Shown here: positions 26,296 through 40,364 of the stretch, piece by piece
How positions within the stretch are numbered: position 1 is the stretch's first letter
How the letters are laid out: the number at the start of each line of letters is the position of its first letter
NCBI RefSeq assembly: GCF_009914755.1
Contig: NC_060926.1
DNA: 64,000 nt
Strand: one strand, 5' to 3'
Source: the human T2T-CHM13v2.0 reference genome, Homo sapiens
Program-made: the position numbers and the translations under genes
Notes under the pieces: generated by a model
What the model was told of the DNA's origin: nothing
The model's input: only the letters and a program-made list of their open reading frames with translations
The model's database searches: none

Positions 26296-26650
26296 GTGGG
26301 GTTGCAAAATCAAACGCCTGCAGAAACCTGGCAGGTAATAGTAACATGTCAAGTGAGCTATGTGTAAGAAAAACTTGATCTCAGCATCAGGGACAATTGA
26401 AAGGAGTGGAGACTTGGTAAACTGAGCACTGCTGCTGAATGCTGCCATGGGGAAATGCGTGCTCGGCAGTACCATATATTCTGAATTTTTTCAGAGAAGC
26501 TGGGAATTCACATTTTCCATGAATTCTTGCAATTTTTGAGAGCTAGGAATGAATTCAGGTTTTTTCAATTTGTTTTAAATATTGTTTGGGCCACTACTTG
26601 TGAGCCAAACAAAATACGTCCATGGCCCACTGTGGTTTGATGCTTCCTTT
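26296..26650 (+). mobile_element. MER102-like hAT transposon
   Basis: ggggttgcaaaatcaaacgcctgcaga...gcaggtaa...tgccatggggaaatgc...ttttcagagaagctgggaatt...gccaaacaaaatacgtc. Confidence 0.7.
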
Positions 26651-28024
26651 TGGGTCCAGGAAGTTAAGAAGCCAGGGTCTGTAAAACGAGAGTCCTCAGG
26701 GCAAGTCTCAACAAAAGCAAAATCACTTGCTGACTTTGGGCTATGGTGGCTTAGCCTCCGCTTTGCTTATAAAGGTTTCTAGGGATGGGTGATCCCATGC
26801 CTACCAGTACAGGAACTTATCTGCAGGTAGTGAGAGGACTGAAACTCAATCCTGTTCCTGATTGGGTTAGAAATACTGAGGTTTTTACTTTGTCTAATAT
26901 TTTTAGCCACCTTTGGGCTATTTGAGTTGCTTAAGGGTGTTGAGAATGGCATAGGACTCCTAAGAGGGAACTAAAGTTGATACACACCCATGTGCCAATT
27001 TTCATGTGTATGTTTAAACTAGCTTTAAATAGGGGATTATCAATCTGGGAAAGGGGATGACCTCTCAGAGTTTCGAGATTAGGATAAGATGTAGTAGGAA
27101 GAAGCCTCCATGCCCAGGTGTTTTTGCTATGCTTTTTGTAGGATGAAAGCAGGAGACATGGGATTTAACCACATTGTCCAGAATCACAATTTCTGAGTTT
27201 GAGGTCTTGGGAAAGACAGAAAATCCCACCAAATCTATCAGTGTAGCTTGGGCCAATCAATGATTGTGTGAGACCCAGGCTGCTGGTCCAGTAAGAATGC
27301 CCTTCTGGATGGGTGGCAGTCAATTTCTACAGATGGAAAATTCATCTTAATTCAACCAACTGATTTCATGTAGGCATCAGCAGGAATCAAACTGAGCATG
27401 ATATGGTCTTTAGATCATCTAGCAGCTGACCAGAACAATTGATTTTTTTGTAACTGCAGCTTTTCATTTGGCATCATAAAGATGCAACCTAAATAAAGCA
27501 TTAGCCTCTAGAATGTGTTTAAATTGAGTTTCTGGATACTTTGGCATGTATCCAGTTTTAAATAAGTTCTGATCTAACTCTAATCTCTAATCAAAAGATC
27601 CTAGTGTATGGAACATTCCCGTTAATAATGATATCTTAGACATCCATTAAGTCTGGACATTAATTTTATGGAAATTCTCCAATACATCTCCATTAGGATT
27701 TTTTTTCTGGGGAAAATTAGTAATAAAAGCTTTTAATAAATGTCATAAATATCTATGTTCAATCACACTATTACCCAAATTAAAGCCAGACCAAAATAGA
27801 AAATAGTTACCTCTGCTAAAAGTCATGACCTTCAGAAGACATTCTGAAGAAAGAAATTATGTGCTCTTTTATTACTCAAAATGCATTTGTTACAAAGAAT
27901 AATTAGCTAGTGGGAGCAAATTGCTACTTATTTGACTACCGCATGAATTCCCTAGTTTTGCATTGCATGCCTAGCAGCTCATGTAATAAACCCTATGGTC
28001 CATCCAAGTTGTAAAAACAGGCAT

Positions 28025-28220
28025 AGCAGCCAGGAAAGTCAAGGTTTGAGTCCTGCACTCTTTTTTGACTAGATCTGAGATTCTGAGCAAGTTATTTACA
28101 TTTCTCGAACCTTGCTTTCACCATCTTTAAAAGGGGTCCTACCAAGTAGGAGTATGATACATTATGAATGGGGAACATCTGATACTGCTCTTGACGCATG
28201 GGTGGTGCTAGTTAAGTACA
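28025..28220 (+). mobile_element. MIR
   Basis: ggtttgagtcctgcactc...tgagcaagttatttacatttctcgaaccttgctttcaccatctttaaaagggg. Confidence 0.65.
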
Positions 28221-28793
28221 AGCCATTATTGTTAATATCCAGCATTGAGAGGGAGTTAGGTGTACAGGTTTTCAGAGGGTGGGAAAGAAGGATCATGAGG
28301 AGTGAGTGCTGGCTTTTATTCTCATTGCTATGGCTGAGTAAATACAGACACTTTCCTGCCCTTCTTGGGGCCTTTCTTCTATTCTTGGTAACCAATGAGC
28401 TAGAAGTGACAGATGGAAAGATACGTGCATGTTCTCTAGTCCTTTTCTTTCACACCTAAATCTATGGGGTATGGTACGGTTACGGCCAATATTTGCCCCA
28501 TTTGACCTGGCCTCTATAACCACAATAAAGCAAATCCAGTTCTTAAGAAATGTGGGTGGTAGAAACTTACTGGAAACGTGGAAAGACGGGACACAGAACC
28601 GGATCCACTGGCTTCCCAGCTGCCAGATGGGTGTTGCCTTGCTTTTGGCCTTTGTTATTTGGCCAACACCTTGTACTTTTCAAGCTTCAGGCATCTGGCC
28701 TGAGACTCCTTTGTTTCTTGACCTTTTGGCCACCACCTGAGGTCCTTATAAGTAGATAGCTATAATTTGGAAACATATTAGAAGTCATCTAGT

Positions 28794-28996
28794 TAGGGGA
28801 TTTTCAAACTGTTGTTTAAAGACAGCAGGACTCTTTCTTTAAACCGAATCTTACAAGGAAATATAAATGAATAAAAGAGATAAAAACTATAATTGCTCTG
28901 GTTTTAAGCAAGAGTGGATGGAGTAGAGTTTTTCCCATTGATCCTCCTCATTCCAGCCCCCTGCTATTTCCAGGAATAGTAGTTAGAAAACCATAG
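28794..28996 (+). mobile_element. MER112-like hAT MITE inside a MIR3-like relic (~28760-29110)
   Basis: ttttcaaactg...gaatcttacaaggaa...gataaaa...tgctctggtt...agttagaaaacca; flanks contain tgatctgctcaaggtcacatagtta. Confidence 0.6.
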
Positions 28997-30289
28997 ATTC
29001 TAGTTTGATCTTCCCTGAAAATAAGTTCTGAGAGGATAATTGATCTGCTCAAGGTCACATAGTTAATTAATGGAATGATGAGTCTAGGGCACAGGTGTTC
29101 TTACTTGAGGGTGATCACACTATTTGCAGCTCTGGTGTTGGACTATAACATCAGAAATTCCTCTCCCCTTTATACCCTGTGCCCCCGCCTACCACATCCC
29201 TGATATAATCTCAAGTCAATGTTTCTGAATGCAACAGAATGTCTGGTTCACACACATAAATACATGTGTGGGGAATGGATGCTAATATTAACAATGGCAT
29301 TACATAGAATGAGTAACGTAGGTTTTTATTGAAAGGACCCATTATTTCTGAGGACTCTAACCACTCCAGTTCTGTCTGCATCCAACCCAGGATTAAAAAA
29401 ACATTTTTAGTTTTTTTGACTATCTAAGACCCCTCTATCCTTCCTCTGATTCCTGCTTGCTTTTATGTCTGACTTAAATGTAGCTTAAATTTCTTAAGAA
29501 CTGGGAAAGCGCTGTCTCTTGCCTGACTCTCAGATTGTAGGATCAACTGGCTCGTGGGTGGGTGGGCCCAGCTCAGGCAGATTTTAACTGAACTCCATCT
29601 TTCCGTGTTGCAATGTAAAATCAACAGACTCCACCGACAAACAAGATCAGATTGAGTCTATTACAAAGGAGAAAACTGTAGAAAATTTGGAACATAAAGG
29701 TAAGCAAGTAGAAAAAAATAAAAATTACCCATAATTTACCATAATGCAATAGTTTAAACATTTTGGCATGCTTCTTCTCTTTTCTGTTTCTTCCTTTTTT
29801 TTTCTTTTAAATATAGACTTAATTTATCTTAAGTATTCCATGATTAACAATGTGTTTTTCATTCTTTTTTCCTTTTACAAACAATGTTGTTACACCCTTG
29901 TACCTAAGTTTTCCTGTGTCCTTTTGATATACTCTAATAAGTTGGCTAAATGGGTTATTGGAAATGTGCAGTTTTAAGGGTTTTGATATATGTTGCCTGC
30001 TCCCCAATTTCAATCTTTCTTTTGAGCTTAGGTATGGCTTATTTAATTTTTTTCTACTAGGCTCTATTTTTAGTCTGTTACTAAAGCTCTAAGCAATCTT
30101 TCTGTCTTATAACACATTCCAGTTCTGATCACTGCTAACAAAAAAGTCAAGAGACATTGTTTCCATATGATCATAAAGATGTCTTTCACAGGTGGACAGT
30201 GAAAAAACTAAAACAATTTTAGTTATAAAGTGCTCAGGCCACTTGCATCATTCTTGTTGTTCTATTTTTGTTTTTAGTGTTGTTGTGGG

Positions 30290-30450
30290 TTGCACTTACT
30301 GAGCACTTGCTTTGTGAGCCAGGCCCTGTGCTGAATACTTGACCCTCATTATTTCATTTAATCCTCAAAGTAATGAACATTCCTCAATTGACATAGAAAG
30401 AAACTGAGGTCCAGTAAGACTGCACCTTGTCAAACGGTACACAGCTGATT
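30290..30450 (-). mobile_element. MIR
   Basis: cacttactgagcacttgc...ccaggccctgtgct...cattatttcatttaatcctca...gaaactgagg. Confidence 0.8.
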
Positions 30451-30783
30451 TGGTCAGCAGAATAGCAGCCCCTAAAGATGTCCATGTCCTGACTGCTGGA
30501 ACCTGTGAATGGATAAAATAGATTTAGCAGATTTGACTACATTAAGTGTCTTGAGATGTGGTGATTATCCTGGATTATCTGGGTGGGGCCCTGATGTAAA
30601 CCACTAAGGGCCTTATAAATAAAAGAGGGAGGTGGGAGGGTAAGAGGAAGAGAAGGAGACATGAGGATGGAAGCAGAGTGATGTGATTGCTGAAAGGGGG
30701 ACATGAGCCAGGGGACACAGGTGACCTCCAGGAGCTGGAAAAGGCAAGGACACTGATTTCTCCTCTGGCACTTCCAGAAGGAG
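30450..30783 (+). mobile_element. MLT1D-like LTR, partial
   Basis: cccctaaagatgtccatgtcct...ggaacctgtgaat...gattatcctggattatctgggtgggg...gagctggaaaaggcaagga...ttctcctct...cttccagaagga. Confidence 0.85.
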
Positions 30784-31854
30784 AAGTTAAACAACGTTCC
30801 TAGGATCATATAATTAGTACAACTGTCATCCAGATGACCCCAAGCCTATACCCTTTTTATTTTCTATACAATGCCTTCGTGACGGTTTCAACTATTTATG
30901 GAGAAACATGAATGACTTTAGCCAAAGCTGCTGCTTCAAACAAACCTCCAAACTCTTTGAGGGAAACTGGTTTGGATAGAAAGACTTTGCTACTCACCCC
31001 TGTAAAAGCTCATCTATTCCTTAGAAACGTATTTGACTGTCAACCAGAGTGGGTGTACAACTGTCAAGCTAGCTTTCTGAAATGACAAGTGTATAAGATT
31101 GGCATTCCGTGTCGTCTTGACTGATTTTAATTATTCTTTGGGTTGGAGTGAACACAACTTTTGTTCTAAAGTTGATAATGATAGCCTTCTATTGCCCCTT
31201 TTATTTCCTTGAGGGATATATCTACATTTTAAAATTCCATTACATACACGTCTGTGGTTACTCTCTTAGTTTTCTAAATGTAATTATCCAGCTAGGCTAA
31301 ATTATGGAAAAGAAATTATAAAAATCTTTTCCTGCCAACAATCTGAATCTGGCCAGCACATTCCTGGTGGTTCAAATGTTGGGTATAGTTTTTTATATTC
31401 TTTCTACTTCTCCGCTGCTGCCCCCAGACCCTTTTAAATTCCAACATACTTTATAGTGGGACTGATATTTCTTAAGGTGTTTCCTTGAGCACTGCACTAT
31501 TGCCAAATACATATTTGTACATATTTTGTAGGAATAGGTATATTATAACTTTCATATTAATTTTGAGTTATTGTTCCATAGGAAACAAAAATACACATGG
31601 TAGCTTTTATACATTATGAGATATTCATAGAATGAAGTCATATTTAAAATCACAAGTGGAATTTGGAATGTGGTATTAACACTATGTAATACTTAATCTA
31701 TTTTTAGTGAGAATAAAAATAATTGCAACAATTCTTAACAAAATTGGCATAAGCTAAAAGGGGTTTAGGTAGAACCATGGCAATTTAAAAATAAGAGATT
31801 CTAAATTGTTTTTAGTTATTTAGTTGTGCTTGGTCACAGACCCTATAAAGTGCT

Positions 31855-32240
31855 AACTTCTTCCTCACACATCATTGACGGGAGGGTGAACTGTTGTAGC
31901 ATTCCTGGAGGGTGAGAGGACAATGGCGTAATGTGTATAAACTTAAATGTGTGATTGCTTTACACCCTAGAAATTTTACTCCTGGGTAGACACCTTAGAA
32001 ACTCTTGTAGAAGTCCTCAAGAGATAGATACAAATTAGGATGCGCCCTGCTTACTGTTTATGGTAGCAAAAGTTGGGAGTAACCTGGGACTCCATCCCTA
32101 GAGGAATGGCTTTTTCAAATCTGTTCTGTTTTTTAGATGGAATGCAATAGTCAGAAGCAATGTGCTGTGTTTCCCTATAGCAATGTGGAAGTCTTACAAA
32201 TAAGTTGGGCTGCAAAAGTAAGCATTGCCTTAGGAAGCAC
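31855..32240 (+). mobile_element. L1ME-type 3' relic
   Basis: cctcacacatcattgacgggagggtgaactg...aaattttactcctggg...tgtttatggtagcaaaagttgg...gaggaatgg. Confidence 0.6.
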
Positions 32241-32251
32241 GTGGTCTAAAG

Positions 32252-32599
32252 CAGTGGTCCTCAGTCTTTTTGTCACCAGGGACTGGTTTCGTGGAAGACA
32301 ATTTTTCCATGGATGGTGGGTGGGTTGGGAGGGTGGGGTTGGAGATGGTTTCAGCATGAAACTGTTCCACCTCAGATCATCAGGCATTAGATTCTCATAA
32401 GGAGTGTGCAACCTGGATCCCTCACATGCACAGTTCACAATAGGGCTCACACTCCTATGAGAATATAATGCTACCACTGATCTGACAGGAGGTACAGCTC
32501 AGGCTGTAATGCTTGCCTGCCTGCCCCTCACCTCCTGCTGTGCTACCCAATTCCTAACTGGCTACAGATTGGCCTGTAGCCTTGGGGTTGGGACACCTG
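32252..32599 (+). mobile_element. MER1B (hAT-Charlie)
   Basis: Same body as 9756-10097; perfect 8-bp TSD gtctaaag (32244-32251, 32600-32607). Confidence 0.93.
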
Positions 32600-32669
32600 G
32601 TCTAAAGGAAGAAACCCACAGTAATAAGAAAAAGTCTTCATCATTCACTCACTCTTTACAAAGAGGCAA

Positions 32670-32850
32670 CTGCTGGAGCTGGCTGGCCTGGCTTGGAATC
32701 CCAAATCTGATTTAACCTCTTTATGTTTCTGTGGCTTCAACTGTAGAATGGGCCTAATACTAGTACAGAGCTCCTAGGGCTTATTGAGGCTTAAATGAGC
32801 TAATATCTATAAAGTACTTACAACAGTGTCTGGCCCATCATAAATACCAT
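32670..32850 (+). mobile_element. MIR
   Basis: ctgtagaatgggcctaatactagtac...gaggcttaaatgagctaatatctataaagtacttacaacagtgtctggc. Confidence 0.75.
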
Positions 32851-33749
32851 ATTAACACACAATTATTCGCCTAGTCAATGAATGTTTATTAATTATTAAA
32901 TATCAAATGCGCAAGATATAAAGTGCTTATGTCATCCAATCAGAAAAGGAGGAGCCAGAAAAGCTGAGAATTCAATATGCAGCTGTAACTAGGATCACAT
33001 GGTATGATTCTGGACCTTGAGAATGTCAATAAATAGCAGGGTATTCAAGCAAACTTGTTAGTAATTTTCCTTTGATTGTGTAAATTTAATATTGAGTGGA
33101 ATACACAACTCTGAATTGAATCTTACTAGCTGGCTATAGTGTATGACAAAATATTTCCTTGAATTTCAGAAATAATCGCAGCTGCCCATTTCTGCATTCT
33201 GGCTGCATTCACACACCTGGCTCTCTGAAGTCAAAGCTTGTTTGTCACCATGACTTTGCTCCCAGGTGCCTTGTACCTTAAAAAGGCATGCAAACCGAAG
33301 CAGGAAAGTGGAGCGAATAAGGGAAGGGCCTGGAAAAACTGGAAGTAAGAACTGTAACCTTGGACTCTTTTCATACCCCAAAAAAGGTTTTATGGATGTT
33401 GATCAGTTGTAGGCCAAGAAGGTGGAAATCATTTCCGCCTGAGTGCTGAGAGCCACAGAGGCATCTTCGCCCTGCATTTTCTCTCAACTTGTTCTCTTTT
33501 CTAAGCTTGGCAAGAAAGGTTCACTCAGTCCTACCCAACTCATGGTGGAGTATGGCATCCTGTACAAACAAACTGTAGCAGTCACTGGGCCTCTATTCAA
33601 ATTGCACCGGGTCCTTTTATTTCCTCCCTGGTTCTTAGGGGTGGCTCACCCTAAAACATCATTGGGTGGTAGCTTGGCCCCATTCCAACCAAGTCACAAC
33701 AATGAGGTGTTTACTGATCTTTGGGATTTTTTTTTTCTTAACCCTAAAT

Positions 33750-33889
33750 CATTTCTTCTCAAACTTGGTGGCACATTAGAATGATCCAAGGGGCTTTAAA
33801 AAGTACTGATGCCTTTCTAGGGGTCTCACATTGGGAGTTTCAAAGGTCTTCTGGTGATTCTAACATGTAGTAAAGTGTGAGAACTTCTG
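33750..33889 (+). mobile_element. MER5A/B hAT MITE
   Basis: ttctcaaacttggtggcacattagaat...aaaagtactgatgcc...ggtgattctaacatgtag...tgagaacttctg. Confidence 0.75.
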
Positions 33890-34285
33890 CCTTAACCCAT
33901 GAAACCGCGTGGGCTTCTTGGGGGCCATGTGCACCCTTGGATCTAGGTTGATGAGTGTGAGCATGCAGTGTAGAGAAATATCCTCCAAGAGCCTCACGTT
34001 ACCCATCTGAGAGCTGCTAGAAACTTTTGCAGTTTTTCCAAGGTCAGTGTTCCCATCACTGAGCACTGAGGTGACGAAGGCTGAATTGAGATACAAATAA
34101 AAGCAGCTCAAATTGAATCCTAAGAATGGCTGGTTGGTTCATAATGACCTGATTTCTTCTTTTCACTAAACTTTGTTCAGAAAAACTCTTAAGGAGGTTT
34201 TACCTGAAAGGGAGACATATTCTTTTGCTTTCTGTTATCGGATAAAAATTACAATGGGTGTAAAATTATAAATAAGTAAAAACAT

Positions 34286-34388
34286 ATATGTGTATGTATA
34301 TATATGTGTATATAATATGAACATACATACATACGCGCATGCACACACACACACACACACATGCACACACACATACACACACACACAC
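34286..34388. repeat. Compound (TA)/(TG)/(CA)n microsatellite
   Basis: Alternating purine-pyrimidine run ending in an interrupted (CA)n. Confidence 0.9.
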
Positions 34389-35829
34389 CCTAAATGGAGA
34401 CCAGGCGACAATGTCTGAAATGGGTGGGGGCCAAGTGTATTTCTATTTACTACTTGTACATATTTTCAAGAAAGAAATGAAAAACAAAAGAGGGTATTTC
34501 AGGATCATTTGTTGTGGAAGTGGTTAAAAACCCTCCGGGTGATCCTCGTAGTTTCTGATGAACTGTTACAGGCAGTTCAGTTTATGTACATTTCATTTAG
34601 CAAATTGCCTGCCTTTTATCGTTTTTATTTTCCTGATTTTGTGTATTCAAATACTACTCCATCTGCCAAAGGTCACAGATCCACCCAGGCACCAGCAAGA
34701 CTTCCCCTTGAGGAATGGAGTTATTGATGCCCTCAGCAGGGGGTTTCCTGCCCCTGATGCTGCAAAGTTAATTACTGGAACTAACACCATCTCTAGTCTG
34801 TCATTCTGCAGGCCATGCATACGGCTGCAACTTCCAAAAATTGTTTTTGGGCTTCTTAGGATACTGATAACCCTGTGTGGCATATAGTATCATTATATTC
34901 TAAGCATACACCCCAGGAGATCCACAGATGTGTGGTGGAGAGGCTTGTGCCTCAGCATGTGCTGTTTAAATAATTTTCAGTGTTATCCAGAATCCTATCT
35001 TACAGATACTTACCAGAATGTGAAACCAATTAACCATTACGGACTGTGAATTTTAGCATGACTAAATAGATCTGCATTGGCAAGACAAGCTTTCCAATAT
35101 TTGAGAAAAATATCGGAGTACACGCTCTGATATGAGCTGATACATTATTTGGGAAGTGGGACTTACTCTGTGAAACCAGGAAGGCTCCATATAATATGAA
35201 ATGCATATTCTTCCCACTTTTACAAGCTTATTTCCTCTTGAATATTATTTCTATACTTTTGGTAACTTTCAAATGGTAAATGGTAGTCCCCGTGATCCAT
35301 GCATAGACAATTGAGAGATCGAATAGAGCACATCATCTAATGGCTTAATTCTATTTTTAATAAAGTAAATTGTTAAAATAGACCAACCAACATCTGTTAT
35401 TTTCAACACACATCAATTTTGTGTTTAAACTAGAATAGCATTTGGAGCAAGGTTTCATATAATTATAGAGCTGGAAAATACTTGAGATGTTACTATGTCT
35501 GACCATGATTAATCTCTTTAAAAATCTGCCTCAGCAATGAACTCTGTGGGCCTCTGCATGAATGGAACAACCTGGTGGAAGCTCTCTATTCCAGAGTCAG
35601 CTCTACATCCATCCTGTGTCACCTGCTCATATATATGTCTTTTTTTTTTTCTTTTCTTCCAAGTCAATACCTTTTACTTGTTTTCTGGGTCATTTTCCTA
35701 GAGCTTCAGCTTTATGGATTGAGTACTTTTCAATAGTTTCCAGCCTGGGGCCTCCTTTTCTGGCTTGTCAGCTAATTACTTACCCTTGGAGTTAATTATT
35801 TCCTTCGTGGTAAGAAAAAAAACTGCAGC

Positions 35830-36722
35830 CTCTGACTGTTGTCTGCTTGGAGCTGTCTGGTTGTAACAGCTAGACCATAGAGTTCTATAGGACATAAACA
35901 ATTTCACAGAATGTCAATATTAGACAATACCTGTCTCCAATCATGGATGGAGCAAGACAAAAACAAAACAACTCTAAACATGTCTGAACAGAGTCAAAGA
36001 CAAGAACATGTCCAGACCAAAATGGCCAAACATTTCCATTTCTGGGCTAATATGAGTGATTGCTGCTTCTTTACCAATTATAGCTTTAGCCTCACTGTTC
36101 CTCCTATTAGAAAAAAAATTATTAAGATATCCAATGATAGAATTGCCCTGCTTTCTTTTTTCTTTTTCTTTCTTTCTTTTCTTTTTTCTTTTTTTTTTTT
36201 TTTTTGAGACAGAGTCTTGCTCTGTCGCCAGGCTGTAGTGCAGTGGCGCATTCTCGGCTCACTGCAACCTCCGACTCCCTGGTTCAAGTGATTCTCCTCC
36301 CTCAGCCTCCTGAGTAGCTGGCATTACAGGCACGTGCCATCACACCCAGCTAATTTTTGTATTTTTAGTAGAGACAGGGTTTCACCATGTTGGCCAGGCT
36401 CTTCTCAATCTCCTGACCTCATGATCTGCCTGCCTCGGCCTCCCAAAGTGCTGGGATTACAGGCATGAACCGCTGTGCCCGGCCAGAATTGCCCTGATTT
36501 CTGATGGTACCCTATGTGAAACAAAACTGCTTTCTTGAGCCTTCCTTTAAGTTACCTAACAAGCCAAATCCTAACACAAGTCCATTCTAAAACCCTCTAA
36601 CGAAGATGCCCATTTCATGGTTCTCCATAATGTGGTGGGTCCTTCAATGTAATGAGCCAATAAGCCTGATTTGGTTGAATATAGGTGTGTGTCTGGTGCT
36701 GTTGGGCTGGAGGACATTAGCA
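35830..36722 (+). mobile_element. MER77-like ERVL LTR interrupted by an Alu
   Basis: acataaacaatttcacagaa...caagacaaaaacaa...ggctaatatgagtgattgctgcttctttaccaattatagctttagcctc...taggtgtgtgtctggtg...ggctggaggacattagca. Confidence 0.7.
36157..36484 (-). mobile_element. AluSc
   Basis: ctgtcgccaggctg and gacctcatgatc diagnostics; TSD agaattgccctg at 36139-36150 and 36485-36496. Confidence 0.95.
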
Positions 36723-36849
36723 ATGGGGACCTATTCTCTGTGAAATAGTCGTTCAATGACAACAACACTTCTTGACATAATCTGCAGTCTCTCAAATATC
36801 TAATACCAGCCTCCTAAGCAGTCCCACCAGGAACAGATCTGTCCTATGA

Positions 36850-37013
36850 GCAGACTTGGACCATCTAACCCAATTTCTTCAATTTTCAAATGAAACAAAA
36901 CCAAACGCAAGCATTTTTCCTCTCTGAGGCCATCAGGTAGTTAGTGGCAAAGCGGTGATTAGCACCCAATCATCTGACGCCTGCTGTAGTGCTTTTTCTG
37001 CTCTACCGTGCTG
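36850..37013 (-). mobile_element. MIR3-like fragment
   Basis: tagttagtggcaaagc...ctgacgcctgctgtagtgctttttctgctctaccgtgctg. Confidence 0.6.
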
Positions 37014-37789
37014 ACTATTTAAAGAAGTACAACTCCCAAAGTATAATGCACCTTTGAGCACTAAATTCAATTTACTATCCATCTCTCCTTAATTGAGTTT
37101 GGTTTCCATTCTCTCCTTAGAAAACACTTTAACCTTCAAATATTGGGCTCTGTCCAAGGCAGGGCTACCCACACGTTACTTTGAGCTTTGATTTTAAAAG
37201 CTCCTATGGGTACTTTCGGTAGGGGCATTAATCTCTTAGGTGTAAGAATCTTATGTAGCATTAACTCTGGTCCAAGCTGATGTTTTCTTTTCTGTTCAGA
37301 ATTGGCAGTGAGTTCTGCAGTGTAGCTAACCAATGAGAGTTTTTATTTTATTATTATTATTTTTAATCTCTCACCTTCCATAGTTAAGAGAGAGAAAGCT
37401 TCAGACACACACACACAAAGTGAAACAAAATACAAAAATTCTACCACCTGGCCTTCCTGTGTTAAGAAATGGTTACTAGTGAGACTGGATTCTCCCAGGC
37501 AATATTATTCACTCCAACCATTTTACTTCTCTTCTTTGTTAATCTCTAAGTTTTCTACCTTTAAAAAATAATTATTTACACTGTAGTTTTACCCTCGGGA
37601 TTTATATCAGAGACACACTGCTTTTTGAAAGGACTTTCTTAAAAAATACACTTTTGAAGAGACAGAATAGTTTCTTGAAATCACAAAAATAATATTGAGG
37701 TGTTTTTAAGTAAGAAAGAAAATGGAACTTTGCTATAGAGTAAACCTGTATTTATTATTTTTATACTGCATGCATTTTCATGTCTTTTG

Positions 37790-38280
37790 AAAGAGGGTAG
37801 GTACATATTGATATCCTATTTTTCCATTTAACAATATATAATAAATATAGCTTCATATTTTTACATGGATTGCATTGTAAATAATTTCAAGGAAGCAGAA
37901 TATTATGTTAATGTGTCATAAACCTGTTTTGGACATTTGGTTGTTTCTAGTTTTTGAGTTTTTTGTTTGTTTGCCTTGGCAGTATAGAAAAGGCTATAGT
38001 AAATATCTTTGTGTAGATAGCCATTTGCTTCTTCTGAATTCTTTTATGTTAATTCTCAGAATTTGGATAATAGTGTTGCTGTTTAGAGACCAGGGACATC
38101 TCTATGGCTCTCATTATAGATTGGCCTATTGCTCACCAAAAGGTTGTAGGCTTCCAGCAGTCCTTGCATTACTGAAACCTCATCAAAATTGCATATTATC
38201 ACTAAAAATATTTGCTCCTTGATTTTGAAACTGTAAGATCACACCTCTACTTTATTTTATTTTGCATTTCTTTTCCATTA
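37790..38280 (-). mobile_element. L1ME-type relic
   Basis: tggacatttggttgtttctagttttt...aaatatctttgtgta...attgctcaccaaaaggttgta...ttttattttgcatttcttt. Confidence 0.6.
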
Positions 38281-40364
38281 AAAGGGAAAATTATCTTTTA
38301 TCATCTGTTTACTTTTTTTTTGCAATGGCAATTTCAAGTTCTCAGGCTGACCTAAGGTAAATAGAAGGCTGTTTATCTTTTGCTGCATCTCGAGTTGTAC
38401 ACTCTTTAAAGTATTCAAATTCCCACCCTGGAAAAGAGCCAGGCTTCTTTGGAATTTGGGAAACATTTGAGGACAGAAGAGCATGGATCTTGTAGTCTTT
38501 ATCTAGTAAAGAAATGAGACCCTTTAATCTGCTTCTTTGCACCCAGAATTACATTTTTAGATCGGTTCTGCTCTCCTGGCTTTTGTGGGCATTTTAACTT
38601 TAATTCTATAATAATTTTCATTCTTTCTGGTTTTCTTTAGCTGTAATATTTATATTGGGCACTTACCTTCTCTTCATAAGTTGGGAGTAGTATATATGTA
38701 GTATGGCAGATTTTATTTTTTTTCTTTTTATTTAAAAGTAGGTCAAGAGAAAAATTTTCTTTCTCCAAAGGCAGTGGGAGTAGAAGTGTCACTTGCTTGT
38801 GAGAAGCCTACATTATATGTTTTCTACATGTTTAGCAGTATTTCCTTTTAGTTGAGAAATGCATAATGGTTCTTTCCTTAAAAAAATTAACAATTTCCAA
38901 AATGATAATACTCCTTGGATAATCTTCATGCTTTCTAAGTTAAAGTTAAGATTATGGGGACAATGGGATAAACTATTTATAGATAATACTGGATGTCCCC
39001 CAAAATTTGGAAACCCCATCACTATAACTCTGCTCTATTTATGCGTAGTCTTTTAACCAGATATGTAAAAGCATGCAACTTTATTTTTATGATGAGCCTC
39101 ACCTTGCTCTAAACTCCTCAGTTCTGTTTATGGTGGAATGGGGGAGGGGCTTGATTGCATCAATTAAAGATGATTCAGTCAGTGGCATTTCTATTAGTCT
39201 CTTTCAAATCGTCATTTGAAAGCTCAGCCCCCCAATCAAAGCAGGTTTTCTTCCTTTGAAGAGATCTCCTCTATTCTTCCTTCTTCCTAATTGCACATAG
39301 TGTAAGAGGAAGTCTGTATAAGCTATGGAGGGTGGGGATTGGGTAATAGGCGTTGGTGGGTCCTTGCTGGATTCCTCTGAGAGATTCACTGGCATCTGGT
39401 GCTACGGCCCACTGAGTGTAGCTGGGCTCACCTGGTTTGAGGGAATCATGTTGGCTGCTTTTGCTAAAGACCACGGTCCATGCCTTGGCTGACCTACAAC
39501 CTCAATAACCCTATGAAAGCCCATTGGTTCCCATAGCACTCCTTGCTGAGAGGGCTTGCTGAAATTTCTGAGCTCCCAGATGCCACACTTGGCCACAAAG
39601 ATCTGCCTGGATACCTCATCCATTTGGCTGTATGTCCAAATTTTATCTTCTCAAGGAAGCTAATGCTTTCTATAACATGCACCTTGAAAAGCAAGAGGCA
39701 GGTATCCTCCTCTTTGGGGATCACCCAGATCAGTCTGGGAGCTCCCACCACTTCCTTCTCAAGCCTGGGGGTTTATGCTCTCCCCTTCTTTCGGCAGTAA
39801 TAATGGGATAGTTTTTTTATTTTTATTTTTTTTTGGTGGGGGCAGGAATCAGATTACTGAAAAGGAAAATATATCAGAAGACATATCCAAAATGTCATTC
39901 CCATTTTGAGTTTCGGAATAAGAGGTGAAAAGAAGACCCAGGTGAGGTTGGAATGGATGGGAGAAATGAAGAGGTGAATTCCTTGATATACATTTTGGAG
40001 AAAACAAACTGCTTATCATATTTAAAAAGATGCTTGAAGGCTGCTTTTATAGCTGTCTCTAGGGCTGCTTTAAGTGGTTGACACACACACATACATGGCA
40101 CACATATATGCACATGTATTAACACATACACACATGGTGTTTGCCATTACTAATAACTAGGAGGGCATGGCCACTCTACTTTTATAACCAGGGAGATAAT
40201 CATTGTTCTTTTTAAAAATCAGAATTTTGCAGCCAATTACACATTTTCCCTATGTCTCAAGTCCAGTTAATAAACTGATTTCTCCATTCTCTCCTTGTTT
40301 GCTTGTAATTTAAAAAGCAATTGCTTGACATATTTGGACTGATTACTGAATGATAGTGGTAGAA

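Noticed and set aside
26459-26488. gtgctcggcagtaccatatattctgaatt resembles the 5' end of U6 snRNA
   Set aside because: Similarity is short and gapped, the rest of U6 is absent, and the segment is collinear with the surrounding MER102-like transposon.
25328-28430. Recurring atacgt words, including HRE-like TACGTG at ~25403 and ~28422
   Set aside because: Short, widely spaced 6-7-mers; not distinguishable from chance by eye.
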